Assembly: GCA_964510795.1 (NCBI GenBank)
Contig: CAZEDT010000044.1
Span: forward strand, 5,076-34,275
Length of the DNA stretch: 29,200 nucleotides
Source of the DNA: an uncultured Syntrophomonas sp.
Lineage (GTDB): Bacteria; Bacillota; Syntrophomonadia; Syntrophomonadales; Syntrophomonadaceae
Reading direction: 5' to 3'
The notes beneath the pieces are model-generated. The model was not told the origin of the DNA. It was given only the letters and a program-made list of their open reading frames with translations, and did not search any database. The translations under genes were made by a program, and so were the position numbers. This document shows, piece after piece, positions 21,012-29,105 of the stretch (positions are counted from its first letter, which is position 1; each line of letters begins with the position of its first letter).

Positions 21012-21806
21012 TTGATTAAAGGTATGTATACGGCGGCTTCGGGAATGATGCTGCAAATGAGTAAACAGGACGTAGTCGCGAACAATATAGCGAATGTGAA
21101 TTCCGGGGGCTATAAAAAAGATAATGTAATATGCCAATCCTTTCCCTCTATGCTTATCAGTCGGTTAGGAGATACGCGTGAAAATGCATTGGGACAGGTT
21201 GAAATTATGCCTCCGGTAGTTATTGGACCACTGGGAACCGGGGCGGTGGTCAAAGATATTGTAACTGACCATAGTGCTGGAAATATGAAGTTAACCAACA
21301 ACCCTACGGATTTGGCCATAAGTGAGGAAGGCTATTTCGTCCTTCAAACCCCACAGGGTGAAAGATTTACCCGGGACGGGTCGTTTAAAATAAATCAGCA
21401 GGGTGTCCTGGTTACCAATCAGGGTGCAACAGTTATGAGTACTGATAATCAAGCTATTAATATGAATACTGAGGATGGAACAGCTCCTGAGACTTTTACG
21501 GTAGATAAGAATGGCAGTATCCTGGTCAATAATCAGGAAGTAGCTAAATTGAAAATAGTTAATTTTGCAGATAAGCGTAACCTGCAAAAAGAAGGAGCCT
21601 GGATGACTGCCAAAGCCGGGCAGTATATAACAGTTGAAAAACCTAATGTTTTGCAGGGTTATCAAGAGGTTTCCAATGTGAACGCTGTTAAAGAAATGGT
21701 GAACTTAATAAGCGTAGTCCGGGCTTATGAAAGCTGCCAAAAAGTTGTCCAAGCTGAGGATGAACTAACTGCAGCAGCTATTGATCAAGTCGGATCTGTC
21801 CAATAG
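21012..21806 (+). CDS. Flagellar basal-body rod protein, FlgG/FlgF family (FlhO/FlhP-like). Start moved to TTG 21012.
   Basis: N-terminal rod signature MYTAASGMMLQMSKQDVVANNIANVNSGGYKK. C-terminal rod region VSNVNAVKEMVNLISVVRAYESCQKVVQA. GGAGG 8 nt upstream of the TTG; the upstream ATG overlaps the RBS. Confidence 0.8.
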   Translation: MIKGMYTAASGMMLQMSKQDVVANNIANVNSGGYKKDNVICQSFPSMLISRLGDTRENALGQVEIMPPVVIGPLGTGAVVKDIVTDHSAGNMKLTNNPTDLAISEEGYFVLQTPQGERFTRDGSFKINQQGVLVTNQGATVMSTDNQAINMNTEDGTAPETFTVDKNGSILVNNQEVAKLKIVNFADKRNLQKEGAWMTAKAGQYITVEKPNVLQGYQEVSNVNAVKEMVNLISVVRAYESCQKVVQAEDELTAAAIDQVGSVQ

Positions 21807-21814
21807 GATTGTAG

Positions 21815-21841
21815 AAAAACCCGCCATTGGCGGGTTTTTTA
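21815..21841 (+). terminator. Rho-independent terminator (aaaaacccgcc att ggcgggtttttt)
   Basis: GC stem flanked by an A-run and a T-run, immediately after the rod-protein stop. Confidence 0.7.
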
Positions 21842-21982
21842 TTGCCCGATGCGCATATATTAATAAGTATAGCAGCTAGTTTGAGCCAAGCTCAAAACTG
21901 ATGGTGAGCTTTAGCTACACATTGCTCCAGGGGTTACAGGCGTAATAAGATATAACTGAGAGAAAAAGTTTTTAAAATAGAA

Positions 21983-22011
21983 TGGACGCAATTTGTAGAG
22001 ACTTATATAAT
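21983..22011 (+). promoter_or_regulatory. Candidate sigma-A-type promoter for the tagA-like operon: -35 TGGACG, 17-bp spacer, -10 TATAAT
   Basis: Picked by eye. TATAAT at 22006-22011 with TGGACG at 21983-21988. Confidence 0.3.
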
Positions 22012-22038
22012 AATTGAAAACGAACCGAGGAATTAGGG

Positions 22039-22767
22039 ATGAATTCAAAAGATAAGGCTAATATTTTGGGCGCGTATGTCGATCTTGTTAATACCCAACA
22101 AGCCTTGCAGAGAATCAAGCAATTGATTATGAATAGAAAGCCTGCCCACATTATTACCCTGAATGCAGAAATTGTTTACCAGGCCCAGGAGGATGCAGAG
22201 CTTTTAAGAATAATAAACGCAGCTGACCTGGTTACACCGGATGGCATAGGTATAGTCTGGGCTGGGAAAAAACTGGGCTATCCGGTACAGGAGAGAGTAA
22301 CCGGCATAGATCTGCTCTATCTCTTATGCGAACAATCTGTGAAAGAGGATTGGAAAATCTACCTGCTGGGCGCAGCTCCCGGTGTAGCTGAAGCGGCTGG
22401 CAAAAAGCTAAGCCAGTCTTATTCTGGTTTAAAGATTTGCGGGGTCCATGATGGCTACTTTTCTGCGGAAGGACTTAATGGAATTGTTGAGGAGATCCAG
22501 GAATTGCATCCGGATATACTATTGGTGGCTCTGGGTGCTCCCCGACAGGAATTCTGGATTCACCAATATAAAGATGAACTTGCGGTACCAGTATCCATTG
22601 GGGTAGGTGGAAGCTTTGACGTAGTAGCCGGGATGAAAGAGCGTGCTCCGGAATGGATGATTAAAGTCAATCTGGAATGGCTCTACCGTTTACTGAAAGA
22701 GCCCAGCCGGTTTAAGAGGCAATTAGCCCTGCCCAAATTTGTTATTGAGGTACTAAAACAGAAGTAG
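22039..22767 (+). CDS. tagA: WecB/TagA/CpsF-family glycosyltransferase (N-acetylmannosaminyltransferase-like)
   Basis: 242 aa. Typical blocks DLVTPDGIGIVWAGK, KIYLLGAAPGVAE, LLVALGAPRQEFWI. Confidence 0.82.
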   Translation: MNSKDKANILGAYVDLVNTQQALQRIKQLIMNRKPAHIITLNAEIVYQAQEDAELLRIINAADLVTPDGIGIVWAGKKLGYPVQERVTGIDLLYLLCEQSVKEDWKIYLLGAAPGVAEAAGKKLSQSYSGLKICGVHDGYFSAEGLNGIVEEIQELHPDILLVALGAPRQEFWIHQYKDELAVPVSIGVGGSFDVVAGMKERAPEWMIKVNLEWLYRLLKEPSRFKRQLALPKFVIEVLKQK

Positions 22768-22798
22768 AGTGAATTGATGCTTAGTAGTTGTTGGGGGG

Positions 22799-24934
22799 AT
22801 GGACGTGGATAGTGATAAAATATTTGCCCTGGATATCGGAACTAGAAAGATAATAGGCCTGGTCATGCAAAAAAGCGAGCAAGGCTATGAAGTGCTGGGT
22901 GCGGAAATGATAGAACACCAGACTCGGGCTATGCTGGACGGTCAGATTCACGATGTTGAGGCTGTTGCGGATACAATCCTGGCCATAAAAAAGGTTCTGG
23001 AAGATCGTCTGGATATTCAACTTGAATCTGCAGCGGTGGCAGCCGCCGGACGGGCCTTAAAAACCGCGCGTGGAACTGCTCAGAAAATCAATCATTTTGT
23101 CACTGAGATCAGCCGTGATGAGGTACGAGCCCTGGAAATCGAGGCTGTGCAACAAGCCCAACATCTTCTGGCCCGAGATGATAAAGGGAATAAATTCGAT
23201 GTGGAATACTTCTGTGTGGGATACAGTGTTATTGCCTATTACCTGGAAAACCAACAGATAGGTAATCTGGTAGGTCAACTGGGGACCAAGGTTGCGGTTG
23301 AGATCATTGCCACTTTCCTGCCCCGGGTAGTGGTAGACAGCCTGTTTTCTTCTTTAAAACGAGCTGGGCTGGAGGTTTATAGTATGACCCTGGAGCCTAT
23401 TGCGGCTCTTTCTATGGCTATCCCGCCTAATATGCGCCTGCTGAACCTGGCTCTGGTTGATATCGGAGCTGGTACTTCTGATATTGCCATAGTCAAAAAC
23501 GGTAATATCTATGCTTATGCCATGGTACCTTTTGGTGGTGATGAATTAACCGAACAACTGGCTAATTATTACCTGATGGACTTTAATAGTGCTGAAGAAA
23601 TGAAATGCCAGCTTGCTACCCATGAAATACTGCAAATTAAAGATATATTGGATAATAAGATGGATATTGAAGCCACTGAAATCAAAGCCCAGCTAGAACC
23701 AATCGTCCGTGATCTGGCGCGCGAAATTAGCAGCAATATTCTGCTTTTAAATGGTAAAGCCACCGATGCGGTACTCTGCGTAGGAGGAGGCAGCCTTACC
23801 CCCAATCTGGTGCAATACCTGGCGGAGGCATTGGAAATTCCTCGCAACCGGGTGGGGATACGTACCCGCGAGAGCTCACCTCAGATTATCGGGGAGTTTA
23901 GCTGTTTGCACGGTCCCCAGGCGGTAACCCCATTGGGAATCGCCTTTAATTCCCTGGATAAGCCACCGGTACCATTTATTAAGGTCATGGTTAATGGACG
24001 TGAACTAGGGTTATGGAATATAGGAGATATCGATGTTGCTGATGCCCTGCTAAGTTCAGGTATATCCCTTAACAATGCTTATGGTAAGCCCGGTATGGGA
24101 AAAACGGTAGAAATAAACGGCTACCTTAAGGTTTTTAAGGGGGAAATGGGAACCGCTCCGGTAATACGAGTTAACGGCAAAGAAGCTAGTCTGGATACTC
24201 CTGTAATAGATGGGGACCAAATTGAGTTTACTAAGGGCCAGGATGGTCAAGATGCTAGCGTTAAGCTAGTCGACATTGACAGCGGAGGCAGCGGTTACGT
24301 TTATGTTAATGGGGAAAGGTTAGACCTAAAGCCCGATTTTACAGTTAATGGTCAAGCCTGGAATGAAGATGAGGAAATTCCTGATCGAGGTCAGGTAGAA
24401 ATTCGCCGCGTAAACCAATTAGCTCAGATTCTGCTCATGGTTGGAGTAGCAGAAACTCTGGTGCAGGAAAAGACATATGACTATTACTTGAATGAACAGC
24501 CTATGTTAATTAAGTGGAGTCCGCTGACTATAAGTATTGATGGACAATCGGCTCGGCTGGAGCAAATGGTTAATTTCGGCTCCTACATTGAATACCGCAT
24601 AGAAAGAGAAAGACCTCGTATTAAAGATCTTATATCAGTCCAGCAGGAAGCTGATTGTGTGCTTATGGTGAATGGAGAACAGGTAACCATTAAGGGTAAA
24701 GGTTATGGCTTAACCAGAAACGGTTACCCCGTAGGACCAGAGGAAGAAATTTTTAATGGAGCGCACATTAACATTGATAAAAGTCAAACTAAATCCATCC
24801 TGAGTGATATTTTCCAGGTGGTGGAGGTGAAAGCTCACGCCAATGGAAGACTGCGCATGAAGGTGGATGGTGAGGAAGCGGGCTACACCACCCCAATTGC
24901 TAATAATAGTGTAATCGAGCTGGTGTGGGACTAG
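22799..24934 (+). CDS. Large FtsA/PilM-like actin-fold ATPase (N-terminal ~380 aa) fused to a ~330-aa C-terminal region of about six ThiS/MoaD-like (beta-grasp-like) repeats. An alternative start is GTG 22805.
   Basis: Phosphate-1 ALDIGTRKIIGLV, phosphate-2 LALVDIGAGTSDIAIV, adenosine CVGGGSLTPNL. The C-terminus has recurring 'hydrophobic-x-V-N-G ... G-D-x-I-E' modules (VMVNGREL; IRVNGKEASLDTPVIDGDQIEF; VYVNGERL; TVNGQAW; LMVNGEQVTIKG; MKVDGEEAG...SVIELV). Only 32 bp downstream of tagA, so probably co-transcribed. Confidence 0.6.
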   Translation: MDVDSDKIFALDIGTRKIIGLVMQKSEQGYEVLGAEMIEHQTRAMLDGQIHDVEAVADTILAIKKVLEDRLDIQLESAAVAAAGRALKTARGTAQKINHFVTEISRDEVRALEIEAVQQAQHLLARDDKGNKFDVEYFCVGYSVIAYYLENQQIGNLVGQLGTKVAVEIIATFLPRVVVDSLFSSLKRAGLEVYSMTLEPIAALSMAIPPNMRLLNLALVDIGAGTSDIAIVKNGNIYAYAMVPFGGDELTEQLANYYLMDFNSAEEMKCQLATHEILQIKDILDNKMDIEATEIKAQLEPIVRDLAREISSNILLLNGKATDAVLCVGGGSLTPNLVQYLAEALEIPRNRVGIRTRESSPQIIGEFSCLHGPQAVTPLGIAFNSLDKPPVPFIKVMVNGRELGLWNIGDIDVADALLSSGISLNNAYGKPGMGKTVEINGYLKVFKGEMGTAPVIRVNGKEASLDTPVIDGDQIEFTKGQDGQDASVKLVDIDSGGSGYVYVNGERLDLKPDFTVNGQAWNEDEEIPDRGQVEIRRVNQLAQILLMVGVAETLVQEKTYDYYLNEQPMLIKWSPLTISIDGQSARLEQMVNFGSYIEYRIERERPRIKDLISVQQEADCVLMVNGEQVTIKGKGYGLTRNGYPVGPEEEIFNGAHINIDKSQTKSILSDIFQVVEVKAHANGRLRMKVDGEEAGYTTPIANNSVIELVWD

Positions 24935-24946
24935 CGCTCCCACACC
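24922..24946. terminator. 9-bp perfect hairpin (ggtgtggga / tcccacacc) sitting exactly in the 11-bp gap between convergent stop codons. Possible bidirectional terminator element.
   Basis: Seen in sequence. The loop contains the TAG stop of the FtsA-like gene. No strong U-tract on either side. Confidence 0.3.
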
Positions 24947-26175
24947 TACCTCCTTCGGACCCGTTTAAGACCCATTTTTTTAATACGACTCCGTAGGAAG
25001 TGTACTCCAATGATGAACAAGATAAGAACTTTAAAACCCCAGGGGATGCTAAGTATGCGTCCCGCCAGGCTAATTCGAGGTACATCCTGGGCTGCCAGTA
25101 AATCCACCTTTTTCACAACTTTCCCGTCGTTCAGGATCTGCATTTCCCCCAGTTTTTGACCGCGTTTAACTGGAGCATTAACGGTGGCTATGATATTTTG
25201 GCGGCGGGTGAAAAACATCCCCTGGTTCTTTAGATATATAGCATTTAATTCATTATGTATCTCCGCCTGCACTTCCTTAGCAGACCCGCCTTTAACTTTT
25301 ACCACGCCGCAGACATTCCCGCTGGGCAGCAATCTTACCGAGGAATAATGCTCGAATCCATAGTCCAATAAGTTCATGGCATCAGCAGTTTGTCCGCCCT
25401 TGAAAGGGCAGCCCATGACCACAACGATAAGCCTCAAATTACCGCGTTTTGCCGTAGCAGTCAAACAGTTTTTGGCTGCAGAGGTGTAACCGTTCTTTAA
25501 ACCATCGGCTCCTTCATAACGCCAGAGTAATTTGTTGCCGTTGTAAATGGGAAACGTACCGTTACGAAGATTATATTGCTTCAGGGAGCTGTACTCAGTG
25601 ATAGAAGTATTAGCCAGCGTATATCGGGCTAATAGGGCCATATCATAAGCCGAGCTGTAATGGTCCTGGGCGGGCATCCCACTGACATTCTTAAAGGAGC
25701 TATCCTTCATACCTATAGCTTTGGCTTTTTGGTTCATCCGCTCTACAAATTTGGATTCACTACCGCTCAGTTTTTCTGCTACCGCCACGGCGGCATCATT
25801 AGCTGAAGCCAAGACCATACTCTTTAACATGTCATCGAGACTCATGGTTTCACCTTGCTCCAGGTATATACGGGTGCCATCCATGGAAGCAGCCTTCTCA
25901 CTCGCGATGACCAGGTCATTTTTATGAGCTTTATCCGTATCAATAGCTTCCAGGGCCAGTAGTATAGTCATTAATTTGGTCATGCTGGCTGGAGGCAGAT
26001 GCAGATGGGGATTTTTAGATTTTAGAACTTTTCCTGAATCAGCATCCATAAGTACATAAGATTCCGCACTTATGCTGCCGAGGTCGACTTCAGCTTTGAC
26101 AGTGTCAGCTGGGATAAAAATGATTACCAAAAAGATTAAGATTAAGGGGCAGACTAGCCAAGATTTCCGCAACAT
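24946..26175 (-). CDS. dacB: D-alanyl-D-alanine carboxypeptidase (PBP5 family, DacB/DacF-like). Start set at ATG 26175; the ORF track extends to TTG 26199.
   Basis: SxxK motif ASMTKLMT, SxN motif LASANDAAV, KTG-like KNGYT. N-terminal signal peptide MLRKSWLVCPLILIFLVIIFIPA. Basic C-terminal anchor. AGGAGTG 10 nt upstream of ATG 26175 on the minus strand. Confidence 0.85.
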   Translation of the reverse strand: MLRKSWLVCPLILIFLVIIFIPADTVKAEVDLGSISAESYVLMDADSGKVLKSKNPHLHLPPASMTKLMTILLALEAIDTDKAHKNDLVIASEKAASMDGTRIYLEQGETMSLDDMLKSMVLASANDAAVAVAEKLSGSESKFVERMNQKAKAIGMKDSSFKNVSGMPAQDHYSSAYDMALLARYTLANTSITEYSSLKQYNLRNGTFPIYNGNKLLWRYEGADGLKNGYTSAAKNCLTATAKRGNLRLIVVVMGCPFKGGQTADAMNLLDYGFEHYSSVRLLPSGNVCGVVKVKGGSAKEVQAEIHNELNAIYLKNQGMFFTRRQNIIATVNAPVKRGQKLGEMQILNDGKVVKKVDLLAAQDVPRISLAGRILSIPWGFKVLILFIIGVHFLRSRIKKMGLKRVRRR

Positions 26176-26461
26176 CCTATTTTTACACTCCTGAAGCAAT
26201 AATTAGCATATACATTATAAACGATAAACAGGTCAGGATGAAACAACTAACTGGGTTATAAATTACTAACTTACTAACCCCTTATTAGCAGGACACAACC
26301 ACCTGGCCAGCATACACAGTTTAGACAGTTCTCGGCTGATTGGACTAACTGTATTGCTACAATAATAATGTTATTATATAGAAGTAATGGAATATAATAT
26401 ATGTAACGGCTGAACTTAAGCGACGGGAGGTAAATATTGATTGAAGGAGGAGATTTGAGTA

Positions 26462-28675
26462 GTGGGGATTTATCTGAATGTGGCGTTGGTTTTATTGGGA
26501 ATACTTTTTTTGGTCCTGTTCACCTGGGTATCAAACCTTCTAGTGGTAATCGGCGGAACCCAATTCGGTATTGTGGAACGGAAATACATCGGTCGGAAAC
26601 TACCTTCAGATCGGGTTATTGCGCAGAATAGAGAAGTTGGGGTCCAGGCCAGAACCATTGGCCCAGGCATCCATGTTTTTTTCCCATTTCTTTTTTCAGT
26701 TCTCAAACAGAATTTTATCGTAATTCAGGAGGACAGTATTGGCCTGGTAGAGTCGATCGACGGAATGCCGCTGACTGCCGGGCATATCTTTGGCCGGTCG
26801 GTAGAGGGGCATAATTTTTATCAGGATGGAGAGGCTTTTCTCCGCAACGGTGGGCAGAAGGGTCCTCAATCAGATTATGTTCCTCCTGGAACCTACCGCA
26901 TTAATACCAGATTGTTTAAGATTACTCTAGTACGAGCCTTAAGTATTCCTGAAGATGCCATCGGTATTGTGGAGGCATCGGATGGGGAAGCGATTCCGGC
27001 TGGTAATATATTTGCCAGATCGGTAGCAGGACATAATTTTTATCAGGATGCCGAAATGTTTTTGAAAAGCGGCGGACAAAAGGGGCCACAGACCGATTTT
27101 ATACCTCCGGGAACGTACCGTATTAATACCAAATTTTTTAATGTGACCCTGGAGCCTATAACCAGTATTCCCCAGAGTCGCATAGGCGTAGTAACGGCCA
27201 CCGATGGAGCGCCCATAGATGCGGGACGCTTACTTGCCAGAGCGGTTACTGAACACAATAATTATCAGGATGGAACCGTCTTCTTGTTAAATGGTGGGCA
27301 AAAAGGACCTCAATTGGATATATTATTGCCCGGAAAATACCGAATAAATACCCGAATGTTCCAGGTTACTGAGCATCCGGCAGTATTGATTAATTCTGGC
27401 AGTGTTGGATTAGTAACTGCCAACGATGGAGAACCCCTTCCCCCCAACGAATTAATAGCTAACTCGGTGACTGGTCATGACAGTTATCAAAATGCCTCCG
27501 CCTTCTTAAATAATAAGGGGCAGAGAGGACCTCAGCTGGATGTTTTGCCTCCTGGAACCTACTACATTAATCCTTATATGTTTACGGTGGATCAGGATTC
27601 TGCAGCCATCGTAAATGAGGGTGAAGTAGCGGTTATTATTTCCAATGTGGGCAAGAAGCCGGAGCTAAGTGCGGCGGTCGGGGAGCCGAGTATTACAGGT
27701 GATAAAATTGAATCCTACGTGGTGGAGAAAGGATATAGAGGTATTCAGCTGGATGTGGTTGGTCCCGGAACTTACTACATCAACAAGCGAGCCTATATCC
27801 CTATTATCGTTAAAACCACAAATATCACCATAGACTGGGACGACGAATCCGCGATCGGCAGCTTCAACCCTCTGAATGTAACATCCAAGGACGGCTTTAT
27901 CATAAAAGTGGGAGTTAAGGTAGTTATTCGGGTGCAGCCCGAACAAGCTCCGTACATGGTGGCGAGAATTGGAAGCATTGATAATCTGGTTAAAAATGTA
28001 ATTCATCCGCTGATAGACAGCAGTTTCCGCAACCAGGCCTCTTCCACCGAAGCGATGAAGTTCTTGCAGGATCGACACGAACAGCAAGAAAAAGCCTTGG
28101 ATCGAGCCCAGACCGAGCTGGAAAAATACCACGTAGAAGTACTGAGCGTGCTTATTTGCCAGATTCAAATTCCCGAAGCCCTGATGGAAACCCAGACCAA
28201 CAAGGTTATTGCAGCCCAACAGCAGGATATGTATGCGCAACAAAGGGAAGCAGAAGTTAAGCGCATTGATATGGAACGTACTCGGGCGCAGGCTAATAAG
28301 CAGGGCGAGATAGTAGCTGCCGAAATCGGCGTTAAAGTTGCTGAGCAGGAGAAGATCAAGACCATAACCATCGCCGAGGGTAATTCTAGTCGGGTGAAGC
28401 TTGAAGGTCAAGGTGAGGCAGAAAAGATTTTGGCTATAGGTAAATCCACCGCCGAAGCCTATGATTTGACCAGAGAAGCCATCGGACCGGAAAGTGTCGC
28501 TCTAATTGAACTGATGAAGCTGATTGCCACAGGTAATATAAAAATTACTCCTGACATTGTGGCTGGGGGTGATGCAGGTTCATTGTTAAATATTATGCTG
28601 GCGAAAATGCTGGATAGGAACAGGATTCCCCTCCTGGCGAAAGCGGAAGCAGCTTCAACCAGCGACTCCAAATAG
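26462..28675 (+). CDS. SPFH/band-7 (flotillin/YqiK-like) membrane protein. Between the N-terminal TM anchor and the complete SPFH domain it carries about five tandem ~72-aa repeats.
   Basis: 737 aa. N-terminal TM helix. Repeats each read ...DGxP(L/I)xxGxxxARSVxGHNxYQDxxxFLxNGGQKGPQxDxxPPGTYRINTxxFxVT. The C-terminal half is SPFH plus an EA/Q-rich coiled-coil flotillin tail (...QQQDMYAQQREAEVKRIDMERTRAQANKQGE...). GTG start with AAGGAGGAG upstream. Confidence 0.8.
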   Translation: MGIYLNVALVLLGILFLVLFTWVSNLLVVIGGTQFGIVERKYIGRKLPSDRVIAQNREVGVQARTIGPGIHVFFPFLFSVLKQNFIVIQEDSIGLVESIDGMPLTAGHIFGRSVEGHNFYQDGEAFLRNGGQKGPQSDYVPPGTYRINTRLFKITLVRALSIPEDAIGIVEASDGEAIPAGNIFARSVAGHNFYQDAEMFLKSGGQKGPQTDFIPPGTYRINTKFFNVTLEPITSIPQSRIGVVTATDGAPIDAGRLLARAVTEHNNYQDGTVFLLNGGQKGPQLDILLPGKYRINTRMFQVTEHPAVLINSGSVGLVTANDGEPLPPNELIANSVTGHDSYQNASAFLNNKGQRGPQLDVLPPGTYYINPYMFTVDQDSAAIVNEGEVAVIISNVGKKPELSAAVGEPSITGDKIESYVVEKGYRGIQLDVVGPGTYYINKRAYIPIIVKTTNITIDWDDESAIGSFNPLNVTSKDGFIIKVGVKVVIRVQPEQAPYMVARIGSIDNLVKNVIHPLIDSSFRNQASSTEAMKFLQDRHEQQEKALDRAQTELEKYHVEVLSVLICQIQIPEALMETQTNKVIAAQQQDMYAQQREAEVKRIDMERTRAQANKQGEIVAAEIGVKVAEQEKIKTITIAEGNSSRVKLEGQGEAEKILAIGKSTAEAYDLTREAIGPESVALIELMKLIATGNIKITPDIVAGGDAGSLLNIMLAKMLDRNRIPLLAKAEAASTSDSK
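26732..27796 (+). repeat. Intragenic tandem coding repeats, about 5 copies of ~216 bp (72 aa), inside the SPFH-protein gene
   Basis: The motif GHN(F/N)YQD...NGGQKGPQ...PPGTYRINT recurs at protein positions ~116, ~189, ~264 and ~338, with a degenerate copy at ~420. Confidence 0.8.
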
Positions 28676-28708
28676 TTATCTCAATCTACGATCATGGTAG
28701 TTTAATAA

Positions 28709-28757
28709 CCTAAAAGGGGTTTCGGCAATATGCTCGAAGCCCCTTTTAGGTTATATT
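28709..28757 (+). terminator. Rho-independent terminator of the SPFH-protein gene
   Basis: 16-bp stem cctaaaaggggtttcg / cgaagccccttttagg (one G-U pair) followed by ttatatt. Confidence 0.6.
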
Positions 28758-28794
28758 ACCCATTCAAGTTCGCATTTGACTAATAATGCGACGT

Positions 28795-29035
28795 AAGAGA
28801 GTAACCGGGTTTCGCGGTTACCTGGAAGCTGGGTGGACAAATTCAGCAATTCTGCCTGCTCCAGGCTACGGAAGCTCGGGCTGTCAGCTGCTTGCCAGGC
28901 GAGTTCCGGGGGATGCCCGGCCAACCGCCCGTCCGTGGGCGGTGACCGGCGAGGAACGTCCTGTTCCTCGTCCCCCTCCACTCACCTGTCTTCACAGGAC
29001 AGCACGGCTTCCTGCGCAACGTCGCCTGCATAATT
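28795..29035. other. ~240-bp compositionally anomalous segment (~70% GC against a ~43% GC genome), densely packed with short GC hairpins. Apparently non-coding; candidate structured RNA or edge of horizontally acquired DNA.
   Basis: GC counted directly: 42/60 and 43/60 in two consecutive lines. Hairpins: gtaaccg..cggttac, ccggg..cccgg, ccgccc..gggcgg, gaggaac..gttcctc, cctgt..acagg. The ORFs here are Arg/Pro-rich artefacts. Confidence 0.5.
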
Positions 29036-29105
29036 ACTGAATTTGTCCTGCATATCCTGAAAATCTTGTGCAGAACCATTTTCATCGGAGCCGTTATTTA
29101 ACAAG

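Noticed and set aside
27665-28411. 248-aa minus-strand ORF
   Set aside because: Lies entirely inside the well-supported + strand SPFH-protein gene. Translation is low-complexity with no motifs. A shadow ORF.
28795-29035. tRNA, tmRNA, RNase P, SRP or cobalamin-riboswitch identity for the GC-rich hairpin cluster
   Set aside because: No GGTTCGANTCC T-loop, no tmRNA 5' or 3' acceptor ends, no RNase P P4 (AGGAAAGUCCGGGC) and no B12-box (GCCACUG) found by eye on either strand. An unknown or divergent RNA remains possible, so it is kept as a finding, not as a named feature.
28786-29040. 84-aa and 66-aa + strand ORFs, and an 80-aa minus-strand ORF, in the GC-rich island
   Set aside because: Arg/Pro/Gly/Ser-rich translations, the expected artefact of reading 70%-GC non-coding DNA. 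No RBS. Overlapping each other in all frames.
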